A model generated the notes under the pieces. The model saw only the letters and a program-made list of their open reading frames with translations. It did no database searches and was not told the origin of the DNA. The translations under genes and the position numbers were made by a program. A stretch of 35,880 nt of DNA, taken from positions 1 through 35,880 of the IMG/VR virus record IMGVR_UViG_3300039076_000100. The stretch is one strand, 5' to 3'. Source of the stretch: a virus. Taxonomy: Duplodnaviria; Caudoviricetes. Below, one piece after another: positions 17,365-25,440 of the stretch; the stretch's first letter is position 1, and each line of letters begins with the position of its first letter.

Positions 17365-18359
17365 TAGCAGACCCTTTTAACTGTTAGTGCCTTTCCGCCC
17401 GTTCTGCCAAATATTCCCTTGGCTTCGTCTCTCATGCGCTGATAGTTTAATTTTTTAGATTCTTGCCCGTCCTGATCTTTGTACTCGTATGATTTCCAAG
17501 TTACACCAGCATCTAAAACTTCTTTTAAAGACGGGTGTAATTGAATAGGCCTATCAGTGTCCGCAAATATCCTTGATGGAACTCTATAGACCCAGTACGA
17601 AAGTGTATAAGTTGAGCTTGGCTTTGGGTAGAGCATGATTTTATCGTCAGTCACCCTTGCATAGTAATAAGGCGTGCCCGTGCTTGTTAAGCCAGGATCG
17701 TATTTTAAAATGTCATCAAGTGCGTTTTCAGATAAAAATATTCCCGAACCTTCAACGACCGGATCCCCTGACATGCAAGCAACCAAAGAATACTCAGGCG
17801 GCTCAATTACTGATGACGTCGGAGTGTCGATCGTTGTCGTTGTCGTTGTGTTGTCTTCAATTGTTTTTGCCAGATAATAAGGCCCTGTGCCTGTCTTTAG
17901 GTAGATTCTTCTGTGAATCGTTACGGGTTTTACAGTTGAAACGCCGTCATAAAGATCGATATTAGTCAAAGATAAGCTTAGGTTTGGAGTTGCTGTTGTG
18001 ACCGCTGTTGTTGGGTCACATGGCTCGCTTTCAAGTGAGTCAATCTCTCTTCCAGACTCGTCAAATAAAACAAAAGTTACTCTAACTCGATAAGCTGTGT
18101 TATCCGCAAGAGATCCGCCCGAGGCCGTTGCCACTGTGGGCTTTGTTGGAATTTGCGGAGCTATAGAAATCTCTTGATCGCCACTTACAACTTGTTTTTT
18201 TACTTTAAAGCGCAAGAAGTCCCATTTATGTGAGCTTGCAATATCTTTTTGAATGTCGTTAATCCAAGCTAAAGTTCTGGCCTTTGCGACTGAGTCTCTA
18301 AAGCCGTCTTTGCGAGAAAACTCATCCCTTAAGCTTTCGCCATTCCAAACACTGCTCAT
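17364..18359 (-). CDS. Head-tail adaptor with an inserted beta-sandwich domain
   Basis: WINDIQKDIASSHKWDFL N-terminus and GTPYYY...IMLYPKP C-terminus typical of podovirus adaptors. Confidence 0.75.
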   Translation of the reverse strand: MSSVWNGESLRDEFSRKDGFRDSVAKARTLAWINDIQKDIASSHKWDFLRFKVKKQVVSGDQEISIAPQIPTKPTVATASGGSLADNTAYRVRVTFVLFDESGREIDSLESEPCDPTTAVTTATPNLSLSLTNIDLYDGVSTVKPVTIHRRIYLKTGTGPYYLAKTIEDNTTTTTTIDTPTSSVIEPPEYSLVACMSGDPVVEGSGIFLSENALDDILKYDPGLTSTGTPYYYARVTDDKIMLYPKPSSTYTLSYWVYRVPSRIFADTDRPIQLHPSLKEVLDAGVTWKSYEYKDQDGQESKKLNYQRMRDEAKGIFGRTGGKALTVKRVC

Positions 18360-19455
18360 CGTCTTCTTCCTTTGCCGAGCTTATTGCGACGGCTAAAATA
18401 ATAATCATCATCATTGTGGACTGCTGAATAGAAAAGTGCGCGTAGGCATTACAAAAAGCAACAAAAACCACTGTTGAAAATAGCGCATTGGTCTCGGGTT
18501 TTGTGGCGTACTTGTATAGAAAATAGGCAAAAACTCCCGCCCCTAGCAGTCCAAACGTATTAAATAGAGTCAAGAACCCACTATGCTCTTGAACCACGAT
18601 TGCGTCTTTCCAAATGAATCGCGCATCCTGATACCAGCCAATGCCGTTGCCTAAAAAGTATTCACTTAAATTAATTTTCTCAAACAGCATTCCCCATATT
18701 TCAAACCTACCATTATCGAGTCCACCTAGACCGACAAAGTAAGCTAAAAACATCGAGAATGATGCCAGTAAATAAAACCATTTCTTGTGAATCAAATCGC
18801 GCGTGAAAAAATAAACCAGTCCTGCAATCACGCTTGCGCCCGATATTGCAGAACCACTAGCAAACAACACAAAGACCGGAAACCCTGCAAGGTAGATCCA
18901 TTTCGGTCTAAGGAAAGCAATAGAACAAAGCGCGGCATATCCGCCCAATAGGTTAGGATTCCCTAAGCTCCCAGGAGACATGCCAAACGTATTAAATATT
19001 GTGCCAGATACGGTTATTTTGTCATTAAAAAGCTTTGCTATTTCCACCTCAAGCGAGATTCCCGCTAGGTTGCAAAGAACAAACAGCGCCTGAATGATAA
19101 CTCCTGCGCACATGCCATTTAATATCCAATCAAAAAACTTTTTATCAAAGCACTCATAGAAACGAACAAAGAAAAATATCCCTGCCGTCGCATAAAAGCT
19201 GTACATCATGACGTTAATAGATGCCACGTTGTACTGATTGTAAACGATCAAGAAAACAGCAAGAGCAAATGCAACCCATCCCTTTAGTGGAAAGTCTCTT
19301 TTTACATCTTTTAACAAAACGCCAAAAACACCGCACAATATTAAAAATAGGTTATCTTTCGATGTCCTATTCATATCGACGGCGGCAATTCTATTATAGA
19401 CAGGCAAAAGGGCAATCGTTAAAGCGATGGCCAGATTTGCTATTGCTGATCTCAT
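18322..19455 (-). CDS. O-antigen ligase / O-oligosaccharyltransferase-like (Wzy_C/WaaL-family) polytopic membrane protein
   Basis: About 10-12 hydrophobic segments; SLGNPNLLGGY, GRFEIW, LGNGIG and EHSGFLTLFNTFGLLG match the family pattern GNPN...R..IW...GxGxG...HN.YL....GL.G. Confidence 0.8.
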   Translation of the reverse strand: MRSAIANLAIALTIALLPVYNRIAAVDMNRTSKDNLFLILCGVFGVLLKDVKRDFPLKGWVAFALAVFLIVYNQYNVASINVMMYSFYATAGIFFFVRFYECFDKKFFDWILNGMCAGVIIQALFVLCNLAGISLEVEIAKLFNDKITVSGTIFNTFGMSPGSLGNPNLLGGYAALCSIAFLRPKWIYLAGFPVFVLFASGSAISGASVIAGLVYFFTRDLIHKKWFYLLASFSMFLAYFVGLGGLDNGRFEIWGMLFEKINLSEYFLGNGIGWYQDARFIWKDAIVVQEHSGFLTLFNTFGLLGAGVFAYFLYKYATKPETNALFSTVVFVAFCNAYAHFSIQQSTMMMIIILAVAISSAKEEDDEQCLEWRKLKG

Positions 19456-19700
19456 TAAATTCCTACGATTAAAACTGTTCCAGTGTCGCCAGAAGTAACG
19501 CCTGAAACAGTAACATTAGAACCGCTCTTAGAGGCAATTCCTAAGTCTTCGCTCACTTCGTTGTTAAATGAAATGTGGTCAACTTCAGAAAGCCCTGATG
19601 CAATTGTTCCAGTTGTCACGCCGTCAAAATCTACTTCCCAGACCTGAGCTCTAAGGTTTCCCATAAGAGTTTGTCTTTTAAGTGTTGCTTGAAAAGCCAT
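19455..19700 (-). CDS. Small head-associated structural protein
   Basis: Beta-rich 81 aa downstream of the capsid/cement genes; AAGGAG RBS. Confidence 0.7.
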   Translation of the reverse strand: MAFQATLKRQTLMGNLRAQVWEVDFDGVTTGTIASGLSEVDHISFNNEVSEDLGIASKSGSNVTVSGVTSGDTGTVLIVGI

Positions 19701-19711
19701 AAAAACTCCTT

Positions 19712-19731
19712 AAAAAGGGGCTTTCGCCCCC
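19712..19731 (-). terminator. Intrinsic terminator-like hairpin after the cement gene
   Basis: GGGGC-GAAA-GCCCC followed by UUUUU on the minus strand. Confidence 0.7.
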
Positions 19732-19735
19732 TTAA

Positions 19736-20236
19736 TTACTTGATATAAACTTGGATATTTCCAGAAGCAGAAGATGCGTCGTAAAACACACCGCCAGCAA
19801 CTTCAGTCGCAAGCTCTGTTACTCTAGCAGCGATATAACCCGCGTTCTGAGTAGACATGTAGAACCTCTTTCCTGCAACCGCAGAAGCAGCTGAAACGTC
19901 AAATAAAGCAGAGTCTAGCTTTCCTTTAGTTTGACAGTCGCAAAGCTTCCCTACTGCACAGTCTGCGATCATTACGCACATTGGAGAAAGTCCAGATGTA
20001 GCAGAGATAATAACAGATGCCCCGTCATCGGCTGAAGTATCAAGTACTACCGCCATACCCGCAGAGATTGTTGCCGAGTGAGAGTTTTTAACATTGATCC
20101 ACTCTTTTTCGATAGTTTCAGCGTTAACTGTACCATCAAAAGAAAGAGCAGCGCCTCTCCCGATTGTTCCATTGAAAGCGTAAGCATTGACCGAAATCAT
20201 GCAAAACGCGAATAGTGCAAATAAAACATTTTTCAT
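19736..20236 (-). CDS. Capsid cement/decoration-like protein with a predicted Sec signal peptide
   Basis: Directly after the major capsid gene; VKN...TISAGMAVV and AVAGKRFYMS..AG pattern; N-terminus MKNVLFALFAFCMISVNAYA. Confidence 0.7.
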   Translation of the reverse strand: MKNVLFALFAFCMISVNAYAFNGTIGRGAALSFDGTVNAETIEKEWINVKNSHSATISAGMAVVLDTSADDGASVIISATSGLSPMCVMIADCAVGKLCDCQTKGKLDSALFDVSAASAVAGKRFYMSTQNAGYIAARVTELATEVAGGVFYDASSASGNIQVYIK

Positions 20237-20257
20237 TTTTTAACTCCTAAATTTTAA

Positions 20258-20271
20258 GGGGCCGAAGCCCC
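20258..20271 (-). promoter_or_regulatory. cUUCGg tetraloop hairpin after the major capsid gene
   Basis: GGGGC-UUCG-GCCCC; weak U-tract, so probably mRNA stabilisation or a leaky terminator. Confidence 0.65.
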
Positions 20272-20276
20272 ATTGA

Positions 20277-21248
20277 TTAAGCTGATGGCGTGATGTCTTT
20301 TAGCCAACCTTGGTAACGTAGAACAGAACATGCAAAAACACCTTTATAGAAAAGACGTTGTAGCATTGCGTCCATAGTTTCTAGGTCTTCTTTTTGAACG
20401 CGCTTCATGTTGTATTCAGGGTGAGCGTATAGTCTAACGTATTTCTCGTTGATAAACGCCATTGAGTTTTCTGGAGCTAAGTTGTCTACGATGTGGTCGA
20501 TTCCAGAATATACTAGAGTGTTTCCACCGTGCCCAAGATTGTCAAGAGTTGACTCACGAGTCGTTCTTTGGTGAGGCTTCAAAAGCTCAATGAACGGGTT
20601 CATAACGTTTTGTCTCATGATAACCAGAGTTGGTTTTTCTTCACCTTCAGAAGCCCCGCCAAGAGTTGCCTGGTGAAGTGCTGAAGTAATAGCTCTGTTT
20701 ACGCCTGAGTTTGAATTAACGTAAGCAACGTGTACTGATACGTCAGTGTTTGTTACGCCACCGTAGTTAACAGCCGTATTCTTAAGGAATGCTTGGATTC
20801 CCACGAATTGCTTATCTGTTAAAGCACCAGTCGCAGCCGTTCCATCAGAGAAAATCCCCTTTGTAAAACGTTGTCTCATTGCCATTTCCATTGTCTTAAG
20901 TCTTTCTGAGATAAGGTTAAGACGAGCTTCTTTTCCTGAGTTTCTAGCAAGGTCACGGTGAGTGATAACTAAAGATTCCTCAAGTTCGATAAGGTCGAAA
21001 GAAAGCTCTGTGTACGGGTCGTACATATCAAGAGAAAGAGCTTCTGCTCCCTTGTAGTATGATCCTGTTGAACCTGTGTCATCAACGTAGTTGAATGGGA
21101 AAGTTTTCTTCTCGCCAGAGTAGATACCTTCATTCTTCTTAAGTCTGTTTAAGTAAGCGTGGTTTTTGAAAATTGCGTCGCGAACTCCACCTTCCGCGTC
21201 GATACCCTTAACTGTAAGGGCCTGTACTTGTCCTACTGATAGTGTCAT
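20277..21248 (-). CDS. Major capsid protein (HK97 fold)
   Basis: 323 aa; DAIFKNHAYLNRL...NSGKEARLNLI...GIFSDG...FINEKY; AAGGAG RBS; follows the scaffold gene. Confidence 0.88.
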   Translation of the reverse strand: MTLSVGQVQALTVKGIDAEGGVRDAIFKNHAYLNRLKKNEGIYSGEKKTFPFNYVDDTGSTGSYYKGAEALSLDMYDPYTELSFDLIELEESLVITHRDLARNSGKEARLNLISERLKTMEMAMRQRFTKGIFSDGTAATGALTDKQFVGIQAFLKNTAVNYGGVTNTDVSVHVAYVNSNSGVNRAITSALHQATLGGASEGEEKPTLVIMRQNVMNPFIELLKPHQRTTRESTLDNLGHGGNTLVYSGIDHIVDNLAPENSMAFINEKYVRLYAHPEYNMKRVQKEDLETMDAMLQRLFYKGVFACSVLRYQGWLKDITPSA

Positions 21249-21261
21249 TTATATACTCCTT

Positions 21262-22248
21262 TTAAATGCTTTCTCTTAAAATGCTTTCATAGTCACCGGC
21301 CTTAAAGACCATGTCACCTTTTTGTCCACCCGATCCTAGACCCACTCCTGTTCGTTTTAGATTTGCTGTACTAGCCTTGGTTTTTGTCGCAAGAAGCTTC
21401 TGATAGCTCTGATTGGCCTTTGCGATTTCTTTTCCATAAGCGGCGTAAAGCGCGTCTTCAACTTCCATTTTTCCAGTGGCGTCCGCAGACCATACATTTT
21501 TTACTTTTTCCCAGTCGATCTTGACTCCAAGCTTAGATAAGCTTCCAGCTGTCCTAGCTTGAACGTCACCTAGACCCTTTTCCCATCCCTGACGAATAGA
21601 GGCCAATTCCTCGGCTTGCTTGCCACCCTTTAGTTGCTTTATTTCCTCTTGAAGCTTTTTAAATTCTCCATCGTACTTAGCAAGTGCGGGCTGGTGCATC
21701 TTGTACTGGTTCATTTCAGCAATGTAAGCGTTTTGAATGTGAGCAAATAGTTCTGGGTCTTGTGTTTGCCACTTAGTCAAAAGCGACGTAATGATGTTAT
21801 TGTCATTTACAACAGACTCGATCTCCTGCTCTTTCTGGGCCAACGCTTGCTCTTTCTCCTTAAAGCTTGCTTCAATTTTTGCAAACTCTTCGGTTTTTGC
21901 CTTCACTTCTTCCGCGTGAGACATAGTTTTCTTTGTGTAGTCGAAACCTTTTTGAATGATTTCCTTTAACTGTTCTTGTGAGTCGATCTTTACGGGTAAG
22001 CCGTTGTGAATCGCTCCAAGTGCATTAATCTGTTCCAAAGTCTGTTTAAAGGCTTCTGGATTAGATTGCTCTTGTGAAACTTTGTTGAGGATCTCTCTGG
22101 GGTCTAATTCCTCAGTAGTTTCTTCGGGGTTCGCAAGCGATTGTCCCTCTACTTCAGAGACCTCAGTCGAAACAGAATCAGTTCCAGCGTCTTCACTGGT
22201 TAACTCATTGGCTGCTTCCATTAGGTCGAACACTTTTTCTTCTGACAT
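21262..22248 (-). CDS. Scaffolding protein
   Basis: Acidic N-terminus, QKGFDYTKKT motif, coiled coil; located between portal and capsid genes. Confidence 0.85.
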   Translation of the reverse strand: MSEEKVFDLMEAANELTSEDAGTDSVSTEVSEVEGQSLANPEETTEELDPREILNKVSQEQSNPEAFKQTLEQINALGAIHNGLPVKIDSQEQLKEIIQKGFDYTKKTMSHAEEVKAKTEEFAKIEASFKEKEQALAQKEQEIESVVNDNNIITSLLTKWQTQDPELFAHIQNAYIAEMNQYKMHQPALAKYDGEFKKLQEEIKQLKGGKQAEELASIRQGWEKGLGDVQARTAGSLSKLGVKIDWEKVKNVWSADATGKMEVEDALYAAYGKEIAKANQSYQKLLATKTKASTANLKRTGVGLGSGGQKGDMVFKAGDYESILRESI

Positions 22249-24402
22249 TTATATTCCTTGGCTTTCTGGGTTGGCCGGAATGGCTCCCTCTTGTGCTTGT
22301 GGAACGCTCATTAAATCATCGGGCGTAATTAGAGAATTGATTGAGGCTTCTTTTGCTTGCCTCTCAAAAATCTTTCTTTCGTCTCCATTTAAAAGGTCAA
22401 CAGAGGCACTTCTGCCTAAGTCCATTGCGCCTTTAAGTTTAATATTTTGCTCTTGTAGAGCGGCTAATTGCTGCTCGTATTGAGCTTGCATAGCTTGAGC
22501 TTCTTGTTGGATTTGTTGTAATTGTGCGGCTGCCTGATCTCTTTGATTGACTGATTCTACAATCATGTCTTTTTTAGGGATTTCGGCTACCTTTAGGAAC
22601 TCTTGAATTGTGATGTGACCACCATTTAACAGCATCAAATAGAACGCGTTAACAGCGTCTTTATCTACTCCTGCCATTGATCCTGGGGACATCTCTATAA
22701 TGTATGAGAGGTTTTCTATTTCTAAAGGATTGTAAACGACCTCTTCGATCTTTGTTGAATCGCTTCTGAATCTTAAAACCTTTTCTTCTGTCCAGTTATT
22801 AATGATTAAACTTGCCGTAAGTTCTGCAAGTCGCTTCATTGAATAATATTCAAGCATTCTATTTTTAAGGCGAATGCGCCCCACTGCTTGAGTTTGGATC
22901 TTTTGAACAGCGACACCAGATGCGTTTCCGCTTGGAATTGACCCGTTCATTGTGACTTCGTTTTGTCCCGAAGCTTGCTCCATGAACAATTGATCGGCAT
23001 TCTTGCGAGCATCCAATTGAGGAGAAACCTGTCCGGGTTCTAGTCTTCTTAACTCTGTTCCGCGCTTCTTAAGGACAACAATTCCAGGTTCGTTGGTTAG
23101 CTTTTCAGCGTCAACTTCTGCCTCATTGTCACCGATCCATCCTGGGTTAGAAACAAGTCTAAGCCCCTCAAGTTCTCTAAAGTCCATGTCGTTTAGAGTT
23201 CTTTGGGCATCAATAATGTTTTTAATTTCACCAAAACCGTAAATGGTTTCGTCTTTGTAACAATAGAATGGCACAATTGGCAGCATTCCATTTTCTTCTG
23301 GGTTTTCTCCGTCGTACATGACGACGTTTTCCACCCATTTAATAACTCTCCACCCATCCTCAAACTTAGGCTCCTGCCCAGTTGGGTTGAGTTTCTTCAT
23401 TTCCTCGTGTTCTTCAAGGTGATTGTCGAGCATCTTTAATGCAAGAAGCCCCATCGTGAATTGCTCTTGAGCTTCTGGGTTTGACTGGAGTAATTGCTCA
23501 ACAGTCGCCTCGGCTTGCTCGTAAGTCGCTTCTGGAGGTAGCCCAATAACGGCTAAAAGCTCTGCTCTTTGAGTCTTGTGAGACACCATGTGGGCGTCGT
23601 GATCTTCCCATTTTCCAATATCAGGAGACTCGGCGTTTTTAAATTGCTCGTATTCTTCTGCAAGCTCTTCTTGAGTTTCTTCTTGTTCGATGTCTTTAAG
23701 AGAGTAATCCTTAACCCACGTTTCGCAATAATTAAGAATGTCTTTCCCTTTATAGGCCTTAGGTTTTCCCATGCCTGTATCGCGACCAGAGACATCTCTT
23801 CTTTCAAAGTTATCATCTGAAGAGTTTTCAGTGATGTTTTGCCCACCTTTAATTTTTTTAATTTGATCGGCAAACTCAGGCCATGCGCGCATTAGGGCTT
23901 CGCGCCTCATTGGAATTTCAATGTGCATTTTTTCAGCTTGGTCGATGTTTTGAACATTTCCATCAAGCCAAACATGCTTCCAAGGAATTTGCTTATATTC
24001 GATTCCCCCGTCTCCGCCTTTAGCGTCAGGGTTATAAAAAGCGTAAATGTAGCCAGGGGCACTCATTAAAGCCGATCTCATTAGAGACGGTAAAAGAAGC
24101 TGTAAAGATTGGTCTTGATAGACCCATTTAATTGATTTTTCGAGCACTTCAGCTTGTGGCTGGGTTTCTGCTCTCATTGAGGTAACAAGTGTACCTGGCA
24201 TTGAATCTGTTAAGATTGGAATTTCGCTTTCGATGATTTTGAAGACGTGGTTTTTTACAGTTTTGACGTTTTCGCCAGTCTTGTGCTGTTTGCCGTAATA
24301 AGCATTGTCGTAGTCTTCCCAGTCCTTTTCAAAAGGCTTGCGGTAGGAACCAAGTTCCTTTTTGACTTCCTTGACGAGCTTTAACACATCTTCATTTTCC
24401 AT
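22249..24402 (-). CDS. Portal protein (P22-like) with an internal His-rich insertion
   Basis: W...DNAYYGKQ, NHVFKIIE, LPIVPF, YGFGEI..IIDAQRTLN, ASGVAV and a Gln-rich C-terminal barrel. Confidence 0.9.
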   Translation of the reverse strand: MENEDVLKLVKEVKKELGSYRKPFEKDWEDYDNAYYGKQHKTGENVKTVKNHVFKIIESEIPILTDSMPGTLVTSMRAETQPQAEVLEKSIKWVYQDQSLQLLLPSLMRSALMSAPGYIYAFYNPDAKGGDGGIEYKQIPWKHVWLDGNVQNIDQAEKMHIEIPMRREALMRAWPEFADQIKKIKGGQNITENSSDDNFERRDVSGRDTGMGKPKAYKGKDILNYCETWVKDYSLKDIEQEETQEELAEEYEQFKNAESPDIGKWEDHDAHMVSHKTQRAELLAVIGLPPEATYEQAEATVEQLLQSNPEAQEQFTMGLLALKMLDNHLEEHEEMKKLNPTGQEPKFEDGWRVIKWVENVVMYDGENPEENGMLPIVPFYCYKDETIYGFGEIKNIIDAQRTLNDMDFRELEGLRLVSNPGWIGDNEAEVDAEKLTNEPGIVVLKKRGTELRRLEPGQVSPQLDARKNADQLFMEQASGQNEVTMNGSIPSGNASGVAVQKIQTQAVGRIRLKNRMLEYYSMKRLAELTASLIINNWTEEKVLRFRSDSTKIEEVVYNPLEIENLSYIIEMSPGSMAGVDKDAVNAFYLMLLNGGHITIQEFLKVAEIPKKDMIVESVNQRDQAAAQLQQIQQEAQAMQAQYEQQLAALQEQNIKLKGAMDLGRSASVDLLNGDERKIFERQAKEASINSLITPDDLMSVPQAQEGAIPANPESQGI

Positions 24403-24409
24403 AAATTAA

Positions 24410-24438
24410 AGTGTAGAGTTGAGGTGTATCTAACACAA
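24410..24438 (-). promoter_or_regulatory. Sigma70-like promoter placed for a leaderless portal mRNA
   Basis: TTGTGT-N17-TACACT-N7-ATG; no Shine-Dalgarno before the portal start. Confidence 0.5.
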
Positions 24439-24457
24439 CACATATTCGGGAAGTCGT

Positions 24458-24880
24458 ATGGAAGATTTATTTGAGTTTACTCTGCCAGATGGAAGCAAGG
24501 CTAATTTGACTATTCACGGGGCGCGTTCTTTTGGATGCAAGCACATGAATAAAAGAGCGGATGAGATTGTGGACTATTTAAAATCTAAGAATAAAGTAAA
24601 GCACAAAAAAGATGGATTTGTTCCTGGATGGCAAGAAAACATTAGAATGTATATCACATGCCCGCACCAGTATAGAAAAGCTCTTAAAGAGCTCGGATTA
24701 GTTGAGATTGGAAACGACTACATCCCACAAGACACGACTAAAGTTTCAAACCCATTTGAAAATGAAGAACTAATCAAAGCCGCTGTTCAATCAGGTTTAT
24801 ACCTATCAGGCAGAGAAATCGAAGCGCTTAAGTCTGGAGAGTACTTTAAAGATTTAAAACATGTAGATGACGGCCAGTAA
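24458..24880 (+). CDS. Hypothetical protein on the opposite strand inside the packaging module
   Basis: 140-aa ORF filling a gap with no minus-strand ORF; ITCPHQYRKALKELGLVEIGND motif. Confidence 0.75.
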   Translation: MEDLFEFTLPDGSKANLTIHGARSFGCKHMNKRADEIVDYLKSKNKVKHKKDGFVPGWQENIRMYITCPHQYRKALKELGLVEIGNDYIPQDTTKVSNPFENEELIKAAVQSGLYLSGREIEALKSGEYFKDLKHVDDGQ

Positions 24881-25186
24881 AACCGTCAATGCGCCTATAA
24901 CCGCCAAAGCGACGAACTCTAAAAGGTTGGCCCTTAAAGCAAAATCATCTTTTTTGACTGGTTCTTTTTGGCTTGAAATAGCTTCTGAAGCCATTGCTCT
25001 TGCGTTGACCTCGGGCGTATTGGTTGCGTAGGCAATGACGACTTTATTATTTGAATCTAAGACGTCGCACTTGCTTCTGATGACCCATGAGTTCATATTC
25101 TCATCAAATCGCGCCAGATGGCCTGAAGCTGTTAGTCCCAAGATTTGACTATCTTTAACTATAACTTGAACAATCTTCTCATTCAT
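24854..25186 (-). CDS. Hypothetical protein with a C-terminal TM helix
   Basis: ATGA overlap; LLEFVALAVIGALTVLLAVIYMF. Confidence 0.7.
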   Translation of the reverse strand: MNEKIVQVIVKDSQILGLTASGHLARFDENMNSWVIRSKCDVLDSNNKVVIAYATNTPEVNARAMASEAISSQKEPVKKDDFALRANLLEFVALAVIGALTVLLAVIYMF

Positions 25187-25440
25187 TTCTTTTCTCCATA
25201 CCAGTCGTCATGCTTTCCTAAAAATTCTCCCATAGAATCCTTAACAGGGCTATAGACAATAGTTTTTTTAGATGAAAGCTCGGATTTCTCAAGCTCTTTC
25301 ATGGTTGAAACGTCCTTCAAGGTCGACAAGCCTTCGAGTCTCATAATTTGATCTCTTAATTCCTTCATCATTTTGACGTCCATCCAAAGAGCGACACAGT
25401 AAAGCGAAACAATCACGCATAAAAGAATAGTTTCCATCAT
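25183..25440 (-). CDS. Hypothetical protein with an N-terminal TM helix
   Basis: ATGA overlap with the TerL stop; TILLCVIVSLYCVALW. Confidence 0.7.
   Translation of the reverse strand: MMETILLCVIVSLYCVALWMDVKMMKELRDQIMRLEGLSTLKDVSTMKELEKSELSSKKTIVYSPVKDSMGEFLGKHDDWYGEKK

Noticed and set aside
23370-23700. Intein in the portal
   Set aside because: No C/S-start or HN-C/S/T splice junction motifs.
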